Positions 1 through 10,349 are shown, counted from the first letter of the stretch. The stretch: 27,712 bases of DNA from Synechococcus sp. (GCA_051439425.1 JBFRWD010000105.1:1-27712); one strand, 5' to 3'. Program-made: numbers and translations. Notes: generated by a model not told the origin, from the sequence alone.

Positions 1-347
1 CTCATGCATACTGAATCTCTCCGATTGTCAAGAAACGGTGAGTTAACTTCCTGTCTCAATACGCGAAAATCTGCGGAAATTGCGATCGCCCAGAACAAAG
101 GATCGAGCAACGCGGTGATTTTTTTTAGGTGTTGTCAGTATCAGTACTGAACATTCGAATAAAGCCCCATCTATCTAGAGACTTTATGAATTCTTTCTTT
201 CGCTACGGGAGATCGGTCGATCCGTTTTCATGGAAGTACGAAACGTATACGGAGCATACATATACCGCAGCAGTACTATTACTAACTTAGACGCACATCA
301 ATTGAAGTTCCAGGCTCAATTCGAAAATTATTGATAACAAGCATCTA

Positions 348-905
348 GTGAATAGAACGAGTGAGATGGGTCGAGTGGAAAACACACTGTTGTTGGGAGT
401 GAAGATAAGTCTGCGCATTGCTTCTCTCGCGACTCTGGTTGCAGGCGTGTGGAGTTCGACATTTGGCTTTTCACCTTGGCTATACAGTTGGGCAGAAGGC
501 GAGAGTTGGGCAGAGGGCGAGATCGCGGTTGAAATTCAATTCAAGCAGTTGCAACTGAACTTGGAGGGGAGGGGATTTACAGTCAAGCTCGAGCCGCCTC
601 CACAGGAAGGAGCGTACGGAATGTTGGAAACCAGTACGCGAACAATCTGGATACATCCAATCGTTTCCGAACTGGGTATTGCCTTGCCGGTACTCATTCA
701 CGAAGGAGTCCATGCAGCGCAAGTCTGTGCAGGCAACGGAGTCGTCGCGGCCTTAAATCTAGATGTCGCTCCCCCCAATTCAACCCGTCCATTTTTCCTG
801 CGGTACCACTCGTACCGCCGCAATATCGAAGCAGAAGCTTATACCGTTCAAGTGCAGCCCGATGCCTACGAACGAGTTAATCAACTATTGGAGCAGCATT
901 GCTAA
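348..905 (+). CDS. Hypothetical exported zinc-metalloprotease-like protein (HEXXH)
   Basis: LIHEGVHAAQ (HExxH at 699-713) with downstream EAEAY, a gluzincin-like third ligand. Hydrophobic N-terminal stretch. True start may be GTG 399. Confidence 0.65.
   Translation: MNRTSEMGRVENTLLLGVKISLRIASLATLVAGVWSSTFGFSPWLYSWAEGESWAEGEIAVEIQFKQLQLNLEGRGFTVKLEPPPQEGAYGMLETSTRTIWIHPIVSELGIALPVLIHEGVHAAQVCAGNGVVAALNLDVAPPNSTRPFFLRYHSYRRNIEAEAYTVQVQPDAYERVNQLLEQHC
486..521 (+). repeat. 18-bp in-frame tandem duplication (SWAEGE x2)
   Basis: agttgggcagaaggcgag followed by agttgggcagagggcgag, 17/18 identical. Confidence 0.9.
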
Positions 906-1132
906 TCGTGCTTGACGTCAACTTGCCTATTCCGTCTACTCCAATGGATTCCCATCTGACTTGAACGTTGCCTGAACCTGTCACCATTCAACTCCATTGT
1001 TTGTGTAACAGCTGGTCTTATCGTTCGATGCTCGGGTGCCAATGAATGCCCAATCGGCTTTGCTGGTGTTTGAAGGGCCAACAGCCTCCTTTTGGTATTG
1101 TTGCCCCCCGTCCTGACATCTAGAGATGTGGA

Positions 1133-2302
1133 ATGCTCATTATTCAAGGATTGTCGATCGCGGCGATCGTAGCTGCTATAGCGTTCTACTGTGTTTGCAT
1201 TGCCAGCATGTTGACATTTAAGCCGCACCGTTCAGAATCCGGAAACTCTGCTCCCACGGCAGCATCACAGCCAGCGAATGACGGCATACCTGTGTCAATT
1301 TTGATTCCCGTACGGGGGGTCGATCCGGGGGCATTGCACAATTGGCGATCGTTTTGCCAGCAGCATTATGGAAGGTACGAGATTTTATTTGGGGTAATGG
1401 AGGCGAACGATCCGGCGATTCCGATTCTCAGACAATTGCACGATGACTATCCCAACCGCGTACGCGTGCTCAGCGACCTCAAGCCACGGGGCATTAACTT
1501 TCAAATTAGCAATCTGACTTACCTATACGAGGCAGCACACTACGACACGATTGTGTTGGCCGATAGCGATATCAGGGTGGGGCCAGATTACCTATCTACC
1601 GTCATAGCCCCGCTCCACGATGAGCGTGTGGGGTTGGTAACCTGTCCGTACGTCGAGAAACATCCTCGGTATGTAGGAGCCGCGATCCACGCCCTCAATC
1701 GCTGCACGGAATTTATTCCCAGCCTGTTGATTGCCCGATGGATGGATGGAGGGCTGAACTGTGCGTTGGGGCCAACGATTGCCACTCGCAAATCCGTGAT
1801 GGCCTCGTTTGGCGGTTTAAACTACGTGCTCAATCGGATTGGTTCGGACTTTCATATCGGCAAGATGACCGCAAAATCTGGATTTGAGGTGCAGCTGTCT
1901 GGGTACGTGTTGGATAACGAGGGGGACGAGCAACTGGGTCAGGTATTCCGGCGGGAGTTGCGCTGGGCTAGAACCATTCGGATTAATCGAGGGGCCGAGT
2001 ATTACGGCATGGGCGTCACGTTTGGCACGGTATATGCATTGCTGCTGCTACTGATGTCGGGGGTAGCCACTTGGGCGATCGTCGTGTTTGCCCTAACGTG
2101 GATCGTCCGAATAGTACAGGCTCTGGTTGCAATGGTGCGGCTGAATCGGCTGGGCCTATTGCGATGGCTGTGGCTACTACCATTACGGGACGCCATGAGC
2201 TTTGTCATCTGGGTCGGGGGAGCATTTGGTCAGCGGGTGTATTGGCGAGGACGGTGGCTGAAAATCGGAGAAGCGGGATTGCTTGAAGAATACCGTTCGT
2301 AA
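1133..2302 (+). CDS. hpnI: Glycosyltransferase of the HpnI / ceramide glucosyltransferase type
   Basis: N-terminal TM helix, VSILIPVRGVD, ADSD (DxD), VGLVTC, GSDF, RELRWARTIR (QxxRW-like) and C-terminal TM helices with VYWRG. Family is clear; the hopanoid substrate is inferred. Confidence 0.75.
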   Translation: MLIIQGLSIAAIVAAIAFYCVCIASMLTFKPHRSESGNSAPTAASQPANDGIPVSILIPVRGVDPGALHNWRSFCQQHYGRYEILFGVMEANDPAIPILRQLHDDYPNRVRVLSDLKPRGINFQISNLTYLYEAAHYDTIVLADSDIRVGPDYLSTVIAPLHDERVGLVTCPYVEKHPRYVGAAIHALNRCTEFIPSLLIARWMDGGLNCALGPTIATRKSVMASFGGLNYVLNRIGSDFHIGKMTAKSGFEVQLSGYVLDNEGDEQLGQVFRRELRWARTIRINRGAEYYGMGVTFGTVYALLLLLMSGVATWAIVVFALTWIVRIVQALVAMVRLNRLGLLRWLWLLPLRDAMSFVIWVGGAFGQRVYWRGRWLKIGEAGLLEEYRS

Positions 2303-2389
2303 GATGTTGCCCTCGCCAGTTAGAGCTAACTGTGCGTGCAAAGGCGCCGCTGCGATCGAGACTCGACCGATCGCAGACCCAACGAATCT

Positions 2390-4159
2390 TTAAGCTTCAG
2401 GAGTTGCGCTTATTGCCTGAAATTGGGTGCCCCACAGCTGCCTGACCACCTCTGCCTGAGCCACTTCACGCCGATCGCCAGAATAAATGCAGGGGGTTCC
2501 ATAAGGCTGGGAGATCGCCATCATGCGATCGAAAACCCCGCGACTGCCGTAACACACCAGCGCTTTAACCGATTCCAGATGCTCCATCAGTAGCTGTTGT
2601 GCAGCAGGAGACAGACCGCCGTACCCGCGAAACGGTCCCGAGCGCACGAAGGCGTGCAACACAATGCCACTCGCCTCTTCCAATACGGACTGCATCATGC
2701 CGATGGGTGTGTGTAAATCGGCTAATAAAGTCTGCATGCCCCGCTCTGCAGCCGAGGCGATCGCGGGGCTATTGGGAGTCATGTAGTCAGCCCCCAGCCA
2801 ACTATCGGTCCACACCCAATTCACCCAACCCGTTTGAGGCTGTAGGGGGAGGGCAGTCGGTCGGGACGATTGCACGGCAGCACGGGCAATCGCTTCGGAC
2901 GTGTGGCGAGCCGAAGCAGTACCAATCGCCCGAGTGACCACATCGGTTGAGGTTGAGGTACTGACAGCCGTTTCGAGCAAGCGCTCTAGATTCGATGACT
3001 TCGGACTGGATTGAGTGGCCGCAGCCCGAGTGCCCAAGAGTTCCTGTAAAGTCGGTACCCCCTCTGAAGACTTCACCACAGGACGCGCCCCTGGCAGCAT
3101 CTGCTCCAATGGCAAATGCTCCATTCGCGAACTGTCACACACCCGATGCTTAGCCTTTAGGATGCGTTCCACCGAGCGGCGAATGCGAAAGCGCGATAAT
3201 CGACCGGCTTCCACAGCGTCACAAATGGCCTGAATCGCATCCAGGGGCTGCGGGGGCATAACAATCACATCAGCACCAGCCTCTACAGCCCGTACCGCCA
3301 ACTCTCCTGCCGATAGCGGTGCGTCGGGAGTGGGAAATTGGGTAATTGCCCCCATCGTCATCGCATCCGTAGCAATCAGTCCCTCGAACTGCCATTCCCG
3401 CCGCACGATGCCCTCTAGAAGGGTGTGGGAGAGAGTGGCAGGCCAATCGGGGTCTAGTTGCGGCACCATCAGGTGGGCGCTCATAACCGCGTCCACACCG
3501 GCATCGATCGCATGTTTAAAGGGCCGCCATTCCAGAGACTCAAGCCGATCGCGATCGTGGGGAATGTCCGGCAATAGCAGATGAGAATCGACGCTCGTGT
3601 CACCGTGACCGGGAAAATGCTTAGCAGTGGTCAGCACCGGAGCCGTTTTTGCTCCTGCAATAAACGCTGATGTCAGTGCCCCCACTCGTTGGGGAGTCGT
3701 GCCAAACGCCCGCACGTCAATCACCGGGTTGGCCGGATTACTCTGCACGTCAACCACCGGAGCAAACAGCCAGTTGATCCCCAGCGCCGCTGCTTCACGG
3801 GCGGTAACCTGACCCATCTGCCTAGCCCATTCGGCCCCATCCGGCCCTAAATGGGACAGGGAGATCGCCGGAGGAAACTCAGTCGCCCCTTTAAAGCGCT
3901 GCCCTACCCCCCATTCCACATCCGCGCACACTAACAGGGGGATCGTGGCCCAATCCTGCATCTGCTGCACCCGCAGCATCACATCCGCCACCGTCCCACC
4001 AAATAGTAGTACCCCGCCAACGCCCACATCTTGGAGCATGGGCTGCAGGCGATCGCGAGGCCATTCCCATTGGGGATATCCAGCTTGCGAATCGAGGAGA
4101 TGACCGGAGGCACGCACCACAATCATTTGTGCCACTTGCTGCTGTAGGGTCAGCTCCAT
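2390..4159 (-). CDS. nagZ: Glycoside hydrolase family 3, beta-N-acetylglucosaminidase (NagZ-type) with C-terminal domain
   Basis: KHFPGHGDTSVDSH (NagZ signature), ADVEWG, FAPVVDV, RAFG, MSAH, ATDAMTMGAI. Divergent from anmK. Confidence 0.85.
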   Translation of the reverse strand: MELTLQQQVAQMIVVRASGHLLDSQAGYPQWEWPRDRLQPMLQDVGVGGVLLFGGTVADVMLRVQQMQDWATIPLLVCADVEWGVGQRFKGATEFPPAISLSHLGPDGAEWARQMGQVTAREAAALGINWLFAPVVDVQSNPANPVIDVRAFGTTPQRVGALTSAFIAGAKTAPVLTTAKHFPGHGDTSVDSHLLLPDIPHDRDRLESLEWRPFKHAIDAGVDAVMSAHLMVPQLDPDWPATLSHTLLEGIVRREWQFEGLIATDAMTMGAITQFPTPDAPLSAGELAVRAVEAGADVIVMPPQPLDAIQAICDAVEAGRLSRFRIRRSVERILKAKHRVCDSSRMEHLPLEQMLPGARPVVKSSEGVPTLQELLGTRAAATQSSPKSSNLERLLETAVSTSTSTDVVTRAIGTASARHTSEAIARAAVQSSRPTALPLQPQTGWVNWVWTDSWLGADYMTPNSPAIASAAERGMQTLLADLHTPIGMMQSVLEEASGIVLHAFVRSGPFRGYGGLSPAAQQLLMEHLESVKALVCYGSRGVFDRMMAISQPYGTPCIYSGDRREVAQAEVVRQLWGTQFQAISATPEA

Positions 4160-4322
4160 ATCACAAACCTAAAATTCACCTGCCCATCACTCTATCCCCC
4201 AACACCAGTCTGGTAGCGTGGACGCACGCAAAACACAGCCTCTCTTAACGTCTGGTTCAGAAATCCCGGATAGATCAACCTGAATCAAATCTGCATCCAG
4301 ATCGCCAAACTCCCTGATCGAG

Positions 4323-4351
4323 CCAATGACAAGTGACCAATGACAAGTGAC
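4323..4351 (+). repeat. STRR-like heptamer tandem repeat (TGACCAA/TGACAAG)
   Basis: ccaatgacaagtgaccaatgacaagtgac. Resembles the reverse complement of cyanobacterial STRR2 TT(G/T)GTCA. Confidence 0.7.
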
Positions 4352-4391
4352 ACTCGCTAAATAACCAATACCCCCTCCCCCCTGTCCCCAA

Positions 4392-5690
4392 ATGCCTCCC
4401 ACTCTTCCCAGCCCGGCAATCCCAACCTGGACAAACCGCAACTGGACTCACACTTGGCACCATTGCCAGCCACTCACCGTTGCCGGAGCCATGAGCGGCA
4501 CCTCGATGGATGGCATTGATGTTGCTTGTATCTCGATCCACCCCACCGGACGAACCAACCGTCCATTAAACCTAGAGGTACTGGCAACCATCAGCGTTCC
4601 CTACCCCGATTCGCTGCGCCAAACCATTTTCGATATTGCAGCAGGGGAACCTCTCGCCTTGTCCGAGCTCAGTTGTCTGGATACGGCCATTGCAACAGCA
4701 TTTGCTGGAGCGATCGCCGAACTCGATCGTGCTAATTGCTCCAAGCGCGCGATCGACCTGATCGGTTCCCACGGTCAAACAGTTTTTCACCAAGCCCCAA
4801 CCTCTGACGAGAGTAGCGCTCAGCTGGGACATAGTATTCAGCTAGGACGAGGGGAACAAATCGCCGCCCTCACCGGTATTCCCACCGTCAGCAATTTTCG
4901 TGCGGCAGACATCGCCCTCAACGGTCACGGAGCACCATTAGTCCCTCGGGTGGATGTCCTGCTGCTGCAAGACGAGCGGGAACATCGCTGCATTCAAAAT
5001 ATTGGCGGCATTGGTAATGTGACGTATCTACCGCCCCTATCACTCCTGTCTGAATGGGGTGGAGCGAGAGGGCCGAGCGACAGAGATGCGATCGTGGGCT
5101 GGGACACCGGCCCCGGAAACGTCTTGATTGACCTAGCGGTATCTCGTTTGAGCAATGGAGCGCAGGGGTACGATCGCGATGGCCAATTAGCGGCAAAAGG
5201 TACTCCCAACATCGAACTGGTTAGCCAGTGGCTGCAGGCAGAGTTCTTTCAAGAGCGTCCGCCAAAATCTACTGGTCGGGAGTTATATTCCCCCAGCTAT
5301 CTCGAGCGCTGCTGGCGAGATTGCTCCGATCGCACGCTCTCTGCCGCCGATATTGTCGCCACATTGACTGATTTCACGGCAGCGTCGATTGTCGATAGTT
5401 ACCAAAAATTTCTCCCCTCACCGCCCGATCGCGTTGCCATCTGCGGGGGTGGAGTGCATAATCCTTACCTGATACAGCGGATACAAGACCGATTGGGGCA
5501 GACTCCAGTAGTCTCCACCCAAACGCTGGGACTGGACCCGGACTTTAAAGAGGCGATCGCCTTTGCGGTCTTGGCTTACCTACGGGTACACCACATTCCG
5601 GGTAACTTACCATCCGTGACGGGGGCTGCAGATTGGTGCCTATTAGGTGACTTTCATACTGGCCAAAAAGACCAAACTCCTGCACAGTAG
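4392..5690 (+). CDS. anmK: Anhydro-N-acetylmuramic acid kinase
   Basis: MSGTSMDGID, IGSHGQT, FRAADIALNGHGAPLVP, QNIGGIGN, DTGPGN, PPKSTGRE, CGGG..N and KEAIAFA motifs. Confidence 0.95.
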   Translation: MPPTLPSPAIPTWTNRNWTHTWHHCQPLTVAGAMSGTSMDGIDVACISIHPTGRTNRPLNLEVLATISVPYPDSLRQTIFDIAAGEPLALSELSCLDTAIATAFAGAIAELDRANCSKRAIDLIGSHGQTVFHQAPTSDESSAQLGHSIQLGRGEQIAALTGIPTVSNFRAADIALNGHGAPLVPRVDVLLLQDEREHRCIQNIGGIGNVTYLPPLSLLSEWGGARGPSDRDAIVGWDTGPGNVLIDLAVSRLSNGAQGYDRDGQLAAKGTPNIELVSQWLQAEFFQERPPKSTGRELYSPSYLERCWRDCSDRTLSAADIVATLTDFTAASIVDSYQKFLPSPPDRVAICGGGVHNPYLIQRIQDRLGQTPVVSTQTLGLDPDFKEAIAFAVLAYLRVHHIPGNLPSVTGAADWCLLGDFHTGQKDQTPAQ

Positions 5691-5845
5691 CTAACAATCA
5701 CCCGTTGCTGACACGTTGCGCTCGCATCCCTCGAATGTCCCTGGCGTATTTAGGGCAGCCAAACAAATGGTGCCGCACTTGTACTCTGGACACAATTTCT
5801 ACCTGCTACATTGCTGCCACTCGGCAGCACTTCACCTCCGCATCT

Positions 5846-6127
5846 ATGCTGACGATTCATCTCCTGCTCGCATTCACCCTGCTGGCATCTGCCGCCTTAT
5901 GGGCCTACTCAACCCTGATGGTGTTTTGGGTCATGTTAGAAGACTCCAATTCCATTTACACTCGCTCGATGCACAGTGCTCTCGACCGATTTGTAGATAT
6001 GTTTGGCCTGGGCTGGCTCAAACCACTGCACAAATTGCATATTTCTGAACGCCGACCCATTAGCTACGGGTTATTTGCAGCGGTGACCTTAGGAATTGGC
6101 TTTTTGCTCTACATGTCGGAGACATAG
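5846..6127 (+). CDS. Small hypothetical membrane protein (2 predicted TM segments, 93 aa)
   Basis: ATG at 5846 within ORF 5705-6127. Hydrophobic N- and C-terminal helices. Fills the gap between anmK and cobA. Confidence 0.6.
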   Translation: MLTIHLLLAFTLLASAALWAYSTLMVFWVMLEDSNSIYTRSMHSALDRFVDMFGLGWLKPLHKLHISERRPISYGLFAAVTLGIGFLLYMSET

Positions 6128-6130
6128 GCG

Positions 6131-6169
6131 AATCAAACACAGGTTAATCAGACACAGGCCAATCAGACA
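6131..6169 (+). repeat. 15-bp imperfect tandem repeat (about 2.6 copies)
   Basis: aatcaaacacaggtt, aatcagacacaggcc, aatcagaca. Confidence 0.8.
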
Positions 6170-6314
6170 TGCGCGAGTCCAAACGAGTAGTCTGTCAGCG
6201 TAGGAGTGATGAAGACTGACTCTCTCAGGGCTGCTGCAATGCACTCGTAGTTTGATTCCCCCATCGCAAGCCTGACAAACTATTAGGGGTCGTTGATGGA
6301 TCGGTAAAATAATC

Positions 6315-7838
6315 GTGACTATCCCCCAGGGAACAGTGTATTTGGTGGGAGTTGGGTTGGGAGGATTGGATACTCTCACGTACCGTGCATCGCAGGTGTT
6401 GCAGCAAGCGGACGTGGCTTTAGTTGACAACTTGGCCTCCCCTGACCTCCTCACCCTGCTGCCTAAACGCTGCACCATTATTCATGTCGGGAAACGCGGC
6501 GGTCAGCCCAGTATCCCTCAACCCCAGATCGATCGCCTCGCCATCGATTATTGCCAACAAGGATTGCAGGTCGTCCGCCTCAAATCGGGAGATCCGGGGA
6601 TATTTGGTCGATTGGTACAGGAGGTACGGGCACTAAACGAGGCCGCATGTCGCTACGAGATTGTACCGGGGCTGTCATCGGCAATCGCTGGCCCCTTGCT
6701 GGCGAATATTCCCCTAACGGACGCCGCCCTCAGCCAGTCATTTGCCATATCCACCGCTCACGATCTCGACCAACTGTGTTGGCCTGCCCTAGCCCAGCTG
6801 GATACCTTAGTGTTTCTGATGGGCACTCGTCATCTCACTTCTATTTGCCATCGACTCATTGAGGCCGGACAAGACCCATCTACTCCTATTGCCCTAATTC
6901 GCAACGCCGGACGGATCGATCGAGAGCTGTGGAGCGGCCAGTTGGACACATTTGCTGCCACAATGACAGCGCAATCACGATCGCTATCCCCTGCGGTCAT
7001 CGTTGTCGGGCAGGTGGTGACATTGAAGGACGAACTAACCCCAGAAATAGCTCCAAAAGCAATCCCTGCAGAGGCCCCGCTAGGAGGCAAGACGGTATTG
7101 GTAACCCGAGCCAATGCACAATCAGGAGTGCTGAGCGATCGCCTACAAAAGCTGGGGGCAACCGTGGTGGAAATGCCCACGCTCGAAATCGTTCCCCCCT
7201 CGGATTTAGCCCCCCTCGATCATGCCATTGCCACTCTCGACCGATTCGACTGGCTGGTGTTAGCGTCCGGGAATGCAGTGGATGCAATGTTCGAGCGCCT
7301 GCAAACCTCAGGACTCGATAGTCGAGCCCTCCATGCCCTCAAAGTCGCAGTGGTGGGGCGCAAGACCGCGGAATGCTTGGCTGGGCAAGGTATTATCCCC
7401 GACTTTGTGCCAAAGGAGTTTGTCGCCGATGCGTTGGCAGAATCGCTGCCAGTTGCTCAGGGCGATCGGCTGCTGTTCCCCAGAGTAGAATCGGGCGGCC
7501 GACCAACACTCGTAAAAGGACTAACCCAGCGTGGTGTTGAGGTGATAGAAGTTGCGGCTTACCAATCTCGATGTCCACTCGAAATCCCTGCACAATCTCT
7601 AGCACTACTCAACAATCAACAGGTAGATATCCTGACGTTTGCTAGCTCGAAAACAGTCATTCACTTCCATCAGCTCATTCGTGGCGCAGGAATTCAGATA
7701 TCTCAACTTGACCGTGCAAAAGTTGTGGCAATTGGCCCCAAAACAGCAGAAACTTGCCAGGAATATCTGGGCCGGGTTGATGCCTGTGCCCACGAGTACA
7801 CCTTAGAAGGGTTGATCGAAGCAGTCATTCAAGCGTGA
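6315..7838 (+). CDS. cobA: Fused uroporphyrinogen-III C-methyltransferase / uroporphyrinogen-III synthase (CobA-HemD)
   Basis: VYLVGVG, VGKRGG, VVRLKSGDPGIFGR, EIVPGLSS and LMG (CobA), followed by VLVTRA, VAVVGRKTA, TFASSKTV and IGPKTA (HemD). Confidence 0.93.
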   Translation: MTIPQGTVYLVGVGLGGLDTLTYRASQVLQQADVALVDNLASPDLLTLLPKRCTIIHVGKRGGQPSIPQPQIDRLAIDYCQQGLQVVRLKSGDPGIFGRLVQEVRALNEAACRYEIVPGLSSAIAGPLLANIPLTDAALSQSFAISTAHDLDQLCWPALAQLDTLVFLMGTRHLTSICHRLIEAGQDPSTPIALIRNAGRIDRELWSGQLDTFAATMTAQSRSLSPAVIVVGQVVTLKDELTPEIAPKAIPAEAPLGGKTVLVTRANAQSGVLSDRLQKLGATVVEMPTLEIVPPSDLAPLDHAIATLDRFDWLVLASGNAVDAMFERLQTSGLDSRALHALKVAVVGRKTAECLAGQGIIPDFVPKEFVADALAESLPVAQGDRLLFPRVESGGRPTLVKGLTQRGVEVIEVAAYQSRCPLEIPAQSLALLNNQQVDILTFASSKTVIHFHQLIRGAGIQISQLDRAKVVAIGPKTAETCQEYLGRVDACAHEYTLEGLIEAVIQA

Positions 7839-7893
7839 CGTTGACACAATCAATTGCGGTTACTCATGTCCCGCTGGTAGTCTTGCGCCGAAA

Positions 7894-7938
7894 TATAGCG
7901 ATCGGTAATCCACCCAGCCCCTAGAACGGATTGCCATA
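7894..7938. repeat. 45-bp small element with terminal inverted repeats (TATRGCAATCCG family)
   Basis: 5' end tatagcgatcgg (7894-7905). 3' end cggattgccata (7927-7938), whose reverse complement is identical to 16361-16372. Confidence 0.65.
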
Positions 7939-8010
7939 ACATGCTTTCCTGTGGCGCCCCATCAACACCACCCACAAACCGAAATCAATCTTTCAGATAA
8001 AAGTAATCGC

Positions 8011-8053
8011 AAAAAAATATGACTGCTTTGCTCGAATCCAGAAAAGCAGCCAT
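8011..8053 (-). terminator. Rho-independent terminator on minus strand
   Basis: Minus-strand RNA AUGGCUGCUUU-loop-AAAGCAGUCAU (11-bp stem, one G-U pair) followed by AUUUUUUU. Confidence 0.7.
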
Positions 8054-8409
8054 CTATCCATGTCACAAATTGAGCGACAAAACATCATCGAATTGCAATA
8101 AGCAGGTCCAATAATGACCTAACGTTACTGACGCACTGGAGTAGGATACATCCCATAGATAGTTCGCAAGCTATCCATTAGAAGATAACCACCACAGTAG
8201 GAAAAGCGATACAAATGTTGCTCCCCCATCAACTGGCGACAGAAACTCGCTGAAGCCTGAAAAAGCGATCTCTCTACCAGCCAGAGTACTCCCTCATTCT
8301 GCAACACAACACGTCGGTGCTGTATGGGAAGTACAGAATCAAGAATACAAATACTCGGCAAACAAATGATGCTTCCGCATCAAGGGGCAACACTCATAGA
8401 TTGGCGCTC

Positions 8410-8784
8410 CTATTCGTCAACGCGGGTCAATGCAATACTGCGCTTACCCAGTTTGATGGTGAACTCATCACCAGGCTCAAGCCCCATTTCTTTAGTGTAA
8501 GTTGCCCCGATCAGGAGATTACCGTTTTTGTGAACGGATACTCGATACGTTGCTTCACGCCCCCGCGTTCCTTTTGAAGTAGACGCAGCATCGAAGGACA
8601 TTCCTTCTGCTTCCAAGAGAGCATTGTAAAATGCCATCAAGCTGATACGCTCCTGAGAATTTTTAGTGTAGGTAACGTACCCGCAGGCTTTAGCAATGTC
8701 CTTCTTGTCAGCACCTTGCATCTGCTTGACTTTATCTTGGAGTGCTTTGCCGGTAAGAGGAGAAGTCTGTTTCTTTTCAGCCAT
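8410..8784 (-). CDS. Cyanobacterial AbrB-like transcriptional regulator (cyAbrB)
   Basis: PLTGKALQDKVK, AKACGY, FYNALLEAEG, GREATYRVSVHKNGNLLIGATYTKEMGLEPGDEFTIKLG. ATG at 8784 chosen (MAEKK). Confidence 0.93.
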   Translation of the reverse strand: MAEKKQTSPLTGKALQDKVKQMQGADKKDIAKACGYVTYTKNSQERISLMAFYNALLEAEGMSFDAASTSKGTRGREATYRVSVHKNGNLLIGATYTKEMGLEPGDEFTIKLGKRSIALTRVDE

Positions 8785-9674
8785 TTCGTGTTGAAAAAAG
8801 GATGCGAATGTTATGTTAACCCTAATTGTCCCCAAAAACATTCATTAATTTATCTTTTTGGGATTTTTTTCTTAAGATCCAGAGTTTGAGTGGTTCTCTC
8901 GGGGCTACTAGCGACAACTTGAAGCAAGTAACTTGGAAGCATTCATGAATCTGTGAGCGGCATTTTGAATCACAATGCAGACAGATTTTAACGGGCGTAA
9001 CGATTAGAAAACCACTATCGGCTAAGTCCTACTCATGACTGTTGATACAGCCGAGCTAAGCGAATAGCTTTTTCTAATTTGCCACTGCAAGGTCAAGATT
9101 AAGGAAATATCTAACGAAATTGGCCCCAGATACTGTTGATAGATAGACGTGAATAATTCTCTCTTCGGAAATTCATCGATCGCGATGAAGGGTTAAGCTG
9201 ATATGCGGCTCACGTGGACATCAATTGAATAGGAGCACGGGGATCGGTCTTATCCTCGGACATCAACTCATCAGCAAAGCTTATGGGTCGGCAGCTTTTC
9301 TCTCAAATCATTTCTAAGGTTAAAGTTTTCAGCGACTTGCTTCCTTGGCAAAACAATATCAATCACCTCTTACCCATTCAATCAATGCTGTTTTAGGCTA
9401 GCCAATCGTGACTATTGCAGAAACAGAGGGTTTGAAACGTCACAATCACCTGACTCCACGCAACCCTAGCATTCTGAGGGGATGAGGGCCTTGATGGGTC
9501 GATCGAGCGCAAAATCGACCCATCCCAAGTGAGGTATCCCAAACCTGGCTGCAAGCACCGCAATACAGTCCATCAAGATTGGGTCTTGACTTAATGGCTG
9601 AGGCCGACCATCTGAATTCGCAATCGCGATTTGGTAGCTTGAATAGGCGCGATGTTTTGCAAAGAGGTTCTGCT

Positions 9675-10154
9675 GTGTTGGACGAACAAGCCAAAAAAAC
9701 GATGCTTCGGAAGATTCCTCACGGTCTCTACATTTGTGGAGTCAAGGACGGGGAAGAGGTGAATGGCTATACAGCCAGTTGGGTGATGCAAACATCGTTT
9801 AAGCCACCGCTAATTATTAATGCCGTTCGTAGCGATAATCGCTCTCACGGGATGGTGGAGGCGAGCGGTGTATTTGCACTCAGCTTTTTAGACGCCACTC
9901 AGAAGGATTTAGCCCAGAAGTTTTTCCAACCGCTCAAGCGTAATGGCAATCGATTTGATGATGTGGAGTTCTATCTCGGAGAAACGGGGTGCCCGATCAT
10001 TTCCGATTCCTTAGGATACGTCGAGTGCAAAGTTGTCGGCTCTCTGCCCCAAGGAGATCACACCGTGTTTTTGGGTGAGGTGATTGCTTCGGGAATTCAC
10101 CGCGAGGGTAATCCATTACTGTTGGAGACAACGGGTTGGAATTATGGGGGGTAG
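9675..10154 (+). CDS. Flavin reductase family protein
   Basis: LRKIPHGLYI, TASWVMQTSFKPPL, FALSFL, ETGCPII, YVECKV, GDHTVFLGEV. GTG 9675 is preceded by GAGG. Confidence 0.9.
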   Translation: MLDEQAKKTMLRKIPHGLYICGVKDGEEVNGYTASWVMQTSFKPPLIINAVRSDNRSHGMVEASGVFALSFLDATQKDLAQKFFQPLKRNGNRFDDVEFYLGETGCPIISDSLGYVECKVVGSLPQGDHTVFLGEVIASGIHREGNPLLLETTGWNYGG

Positions 10155-10186
10155 GGCTGAACGGTTAAGTATTCAGCCAACTTTTT
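10155..10186 (+). terminator. Probable terminator hairpin after flavin reductase
   Basis: ggctgaa-N10-ttcagcc followed by aacttttt, immediately after the stop codon. Confidence 0.55.
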
Positions 10187-10349
10187 AATAAAATCTTTGG
10201 GGTAGAGTTCAGTATCACTACTAGCAAGCCTGACTACCCCAGAGCATCCGCTCAATGCCTGGTTGAGCCATCCGGTAATGGCGGACAGACATATCCTCAT
10301 GCAGATCGCTTCAATCAAGTATTCGTCTCAAGTCGTTTTACCGTCACCC

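Noticed and set aside
130..290. Possible NtcA site upstream of the first ORF
   Set aside because: The GTA...TAC pairs I checked have 9-nt spacing rather than GTA-N8-TAC.
902..1228. 108-aa minus-strand ORF
   Set aside because: Overlaps the glycosyltransferase start and has no recognisable features.
4187..4541. Two short minus-strand ORFs between nagZ and anmK
   Set aside because: They overlap anmK and read through the heptamer repeat; likely spurious.
6315..7838. CobA-HemD fusion as a novelty
   Set aside because: This fusion is a well-known arrangement in cyanobacteria.
10195..10243. Inverted repeat ctttggggtag...ctaccccagag as an ncRNA
   Set aside because: It lies between convergent genes and is adequately explained as a 3'-end hairpin; no other support.
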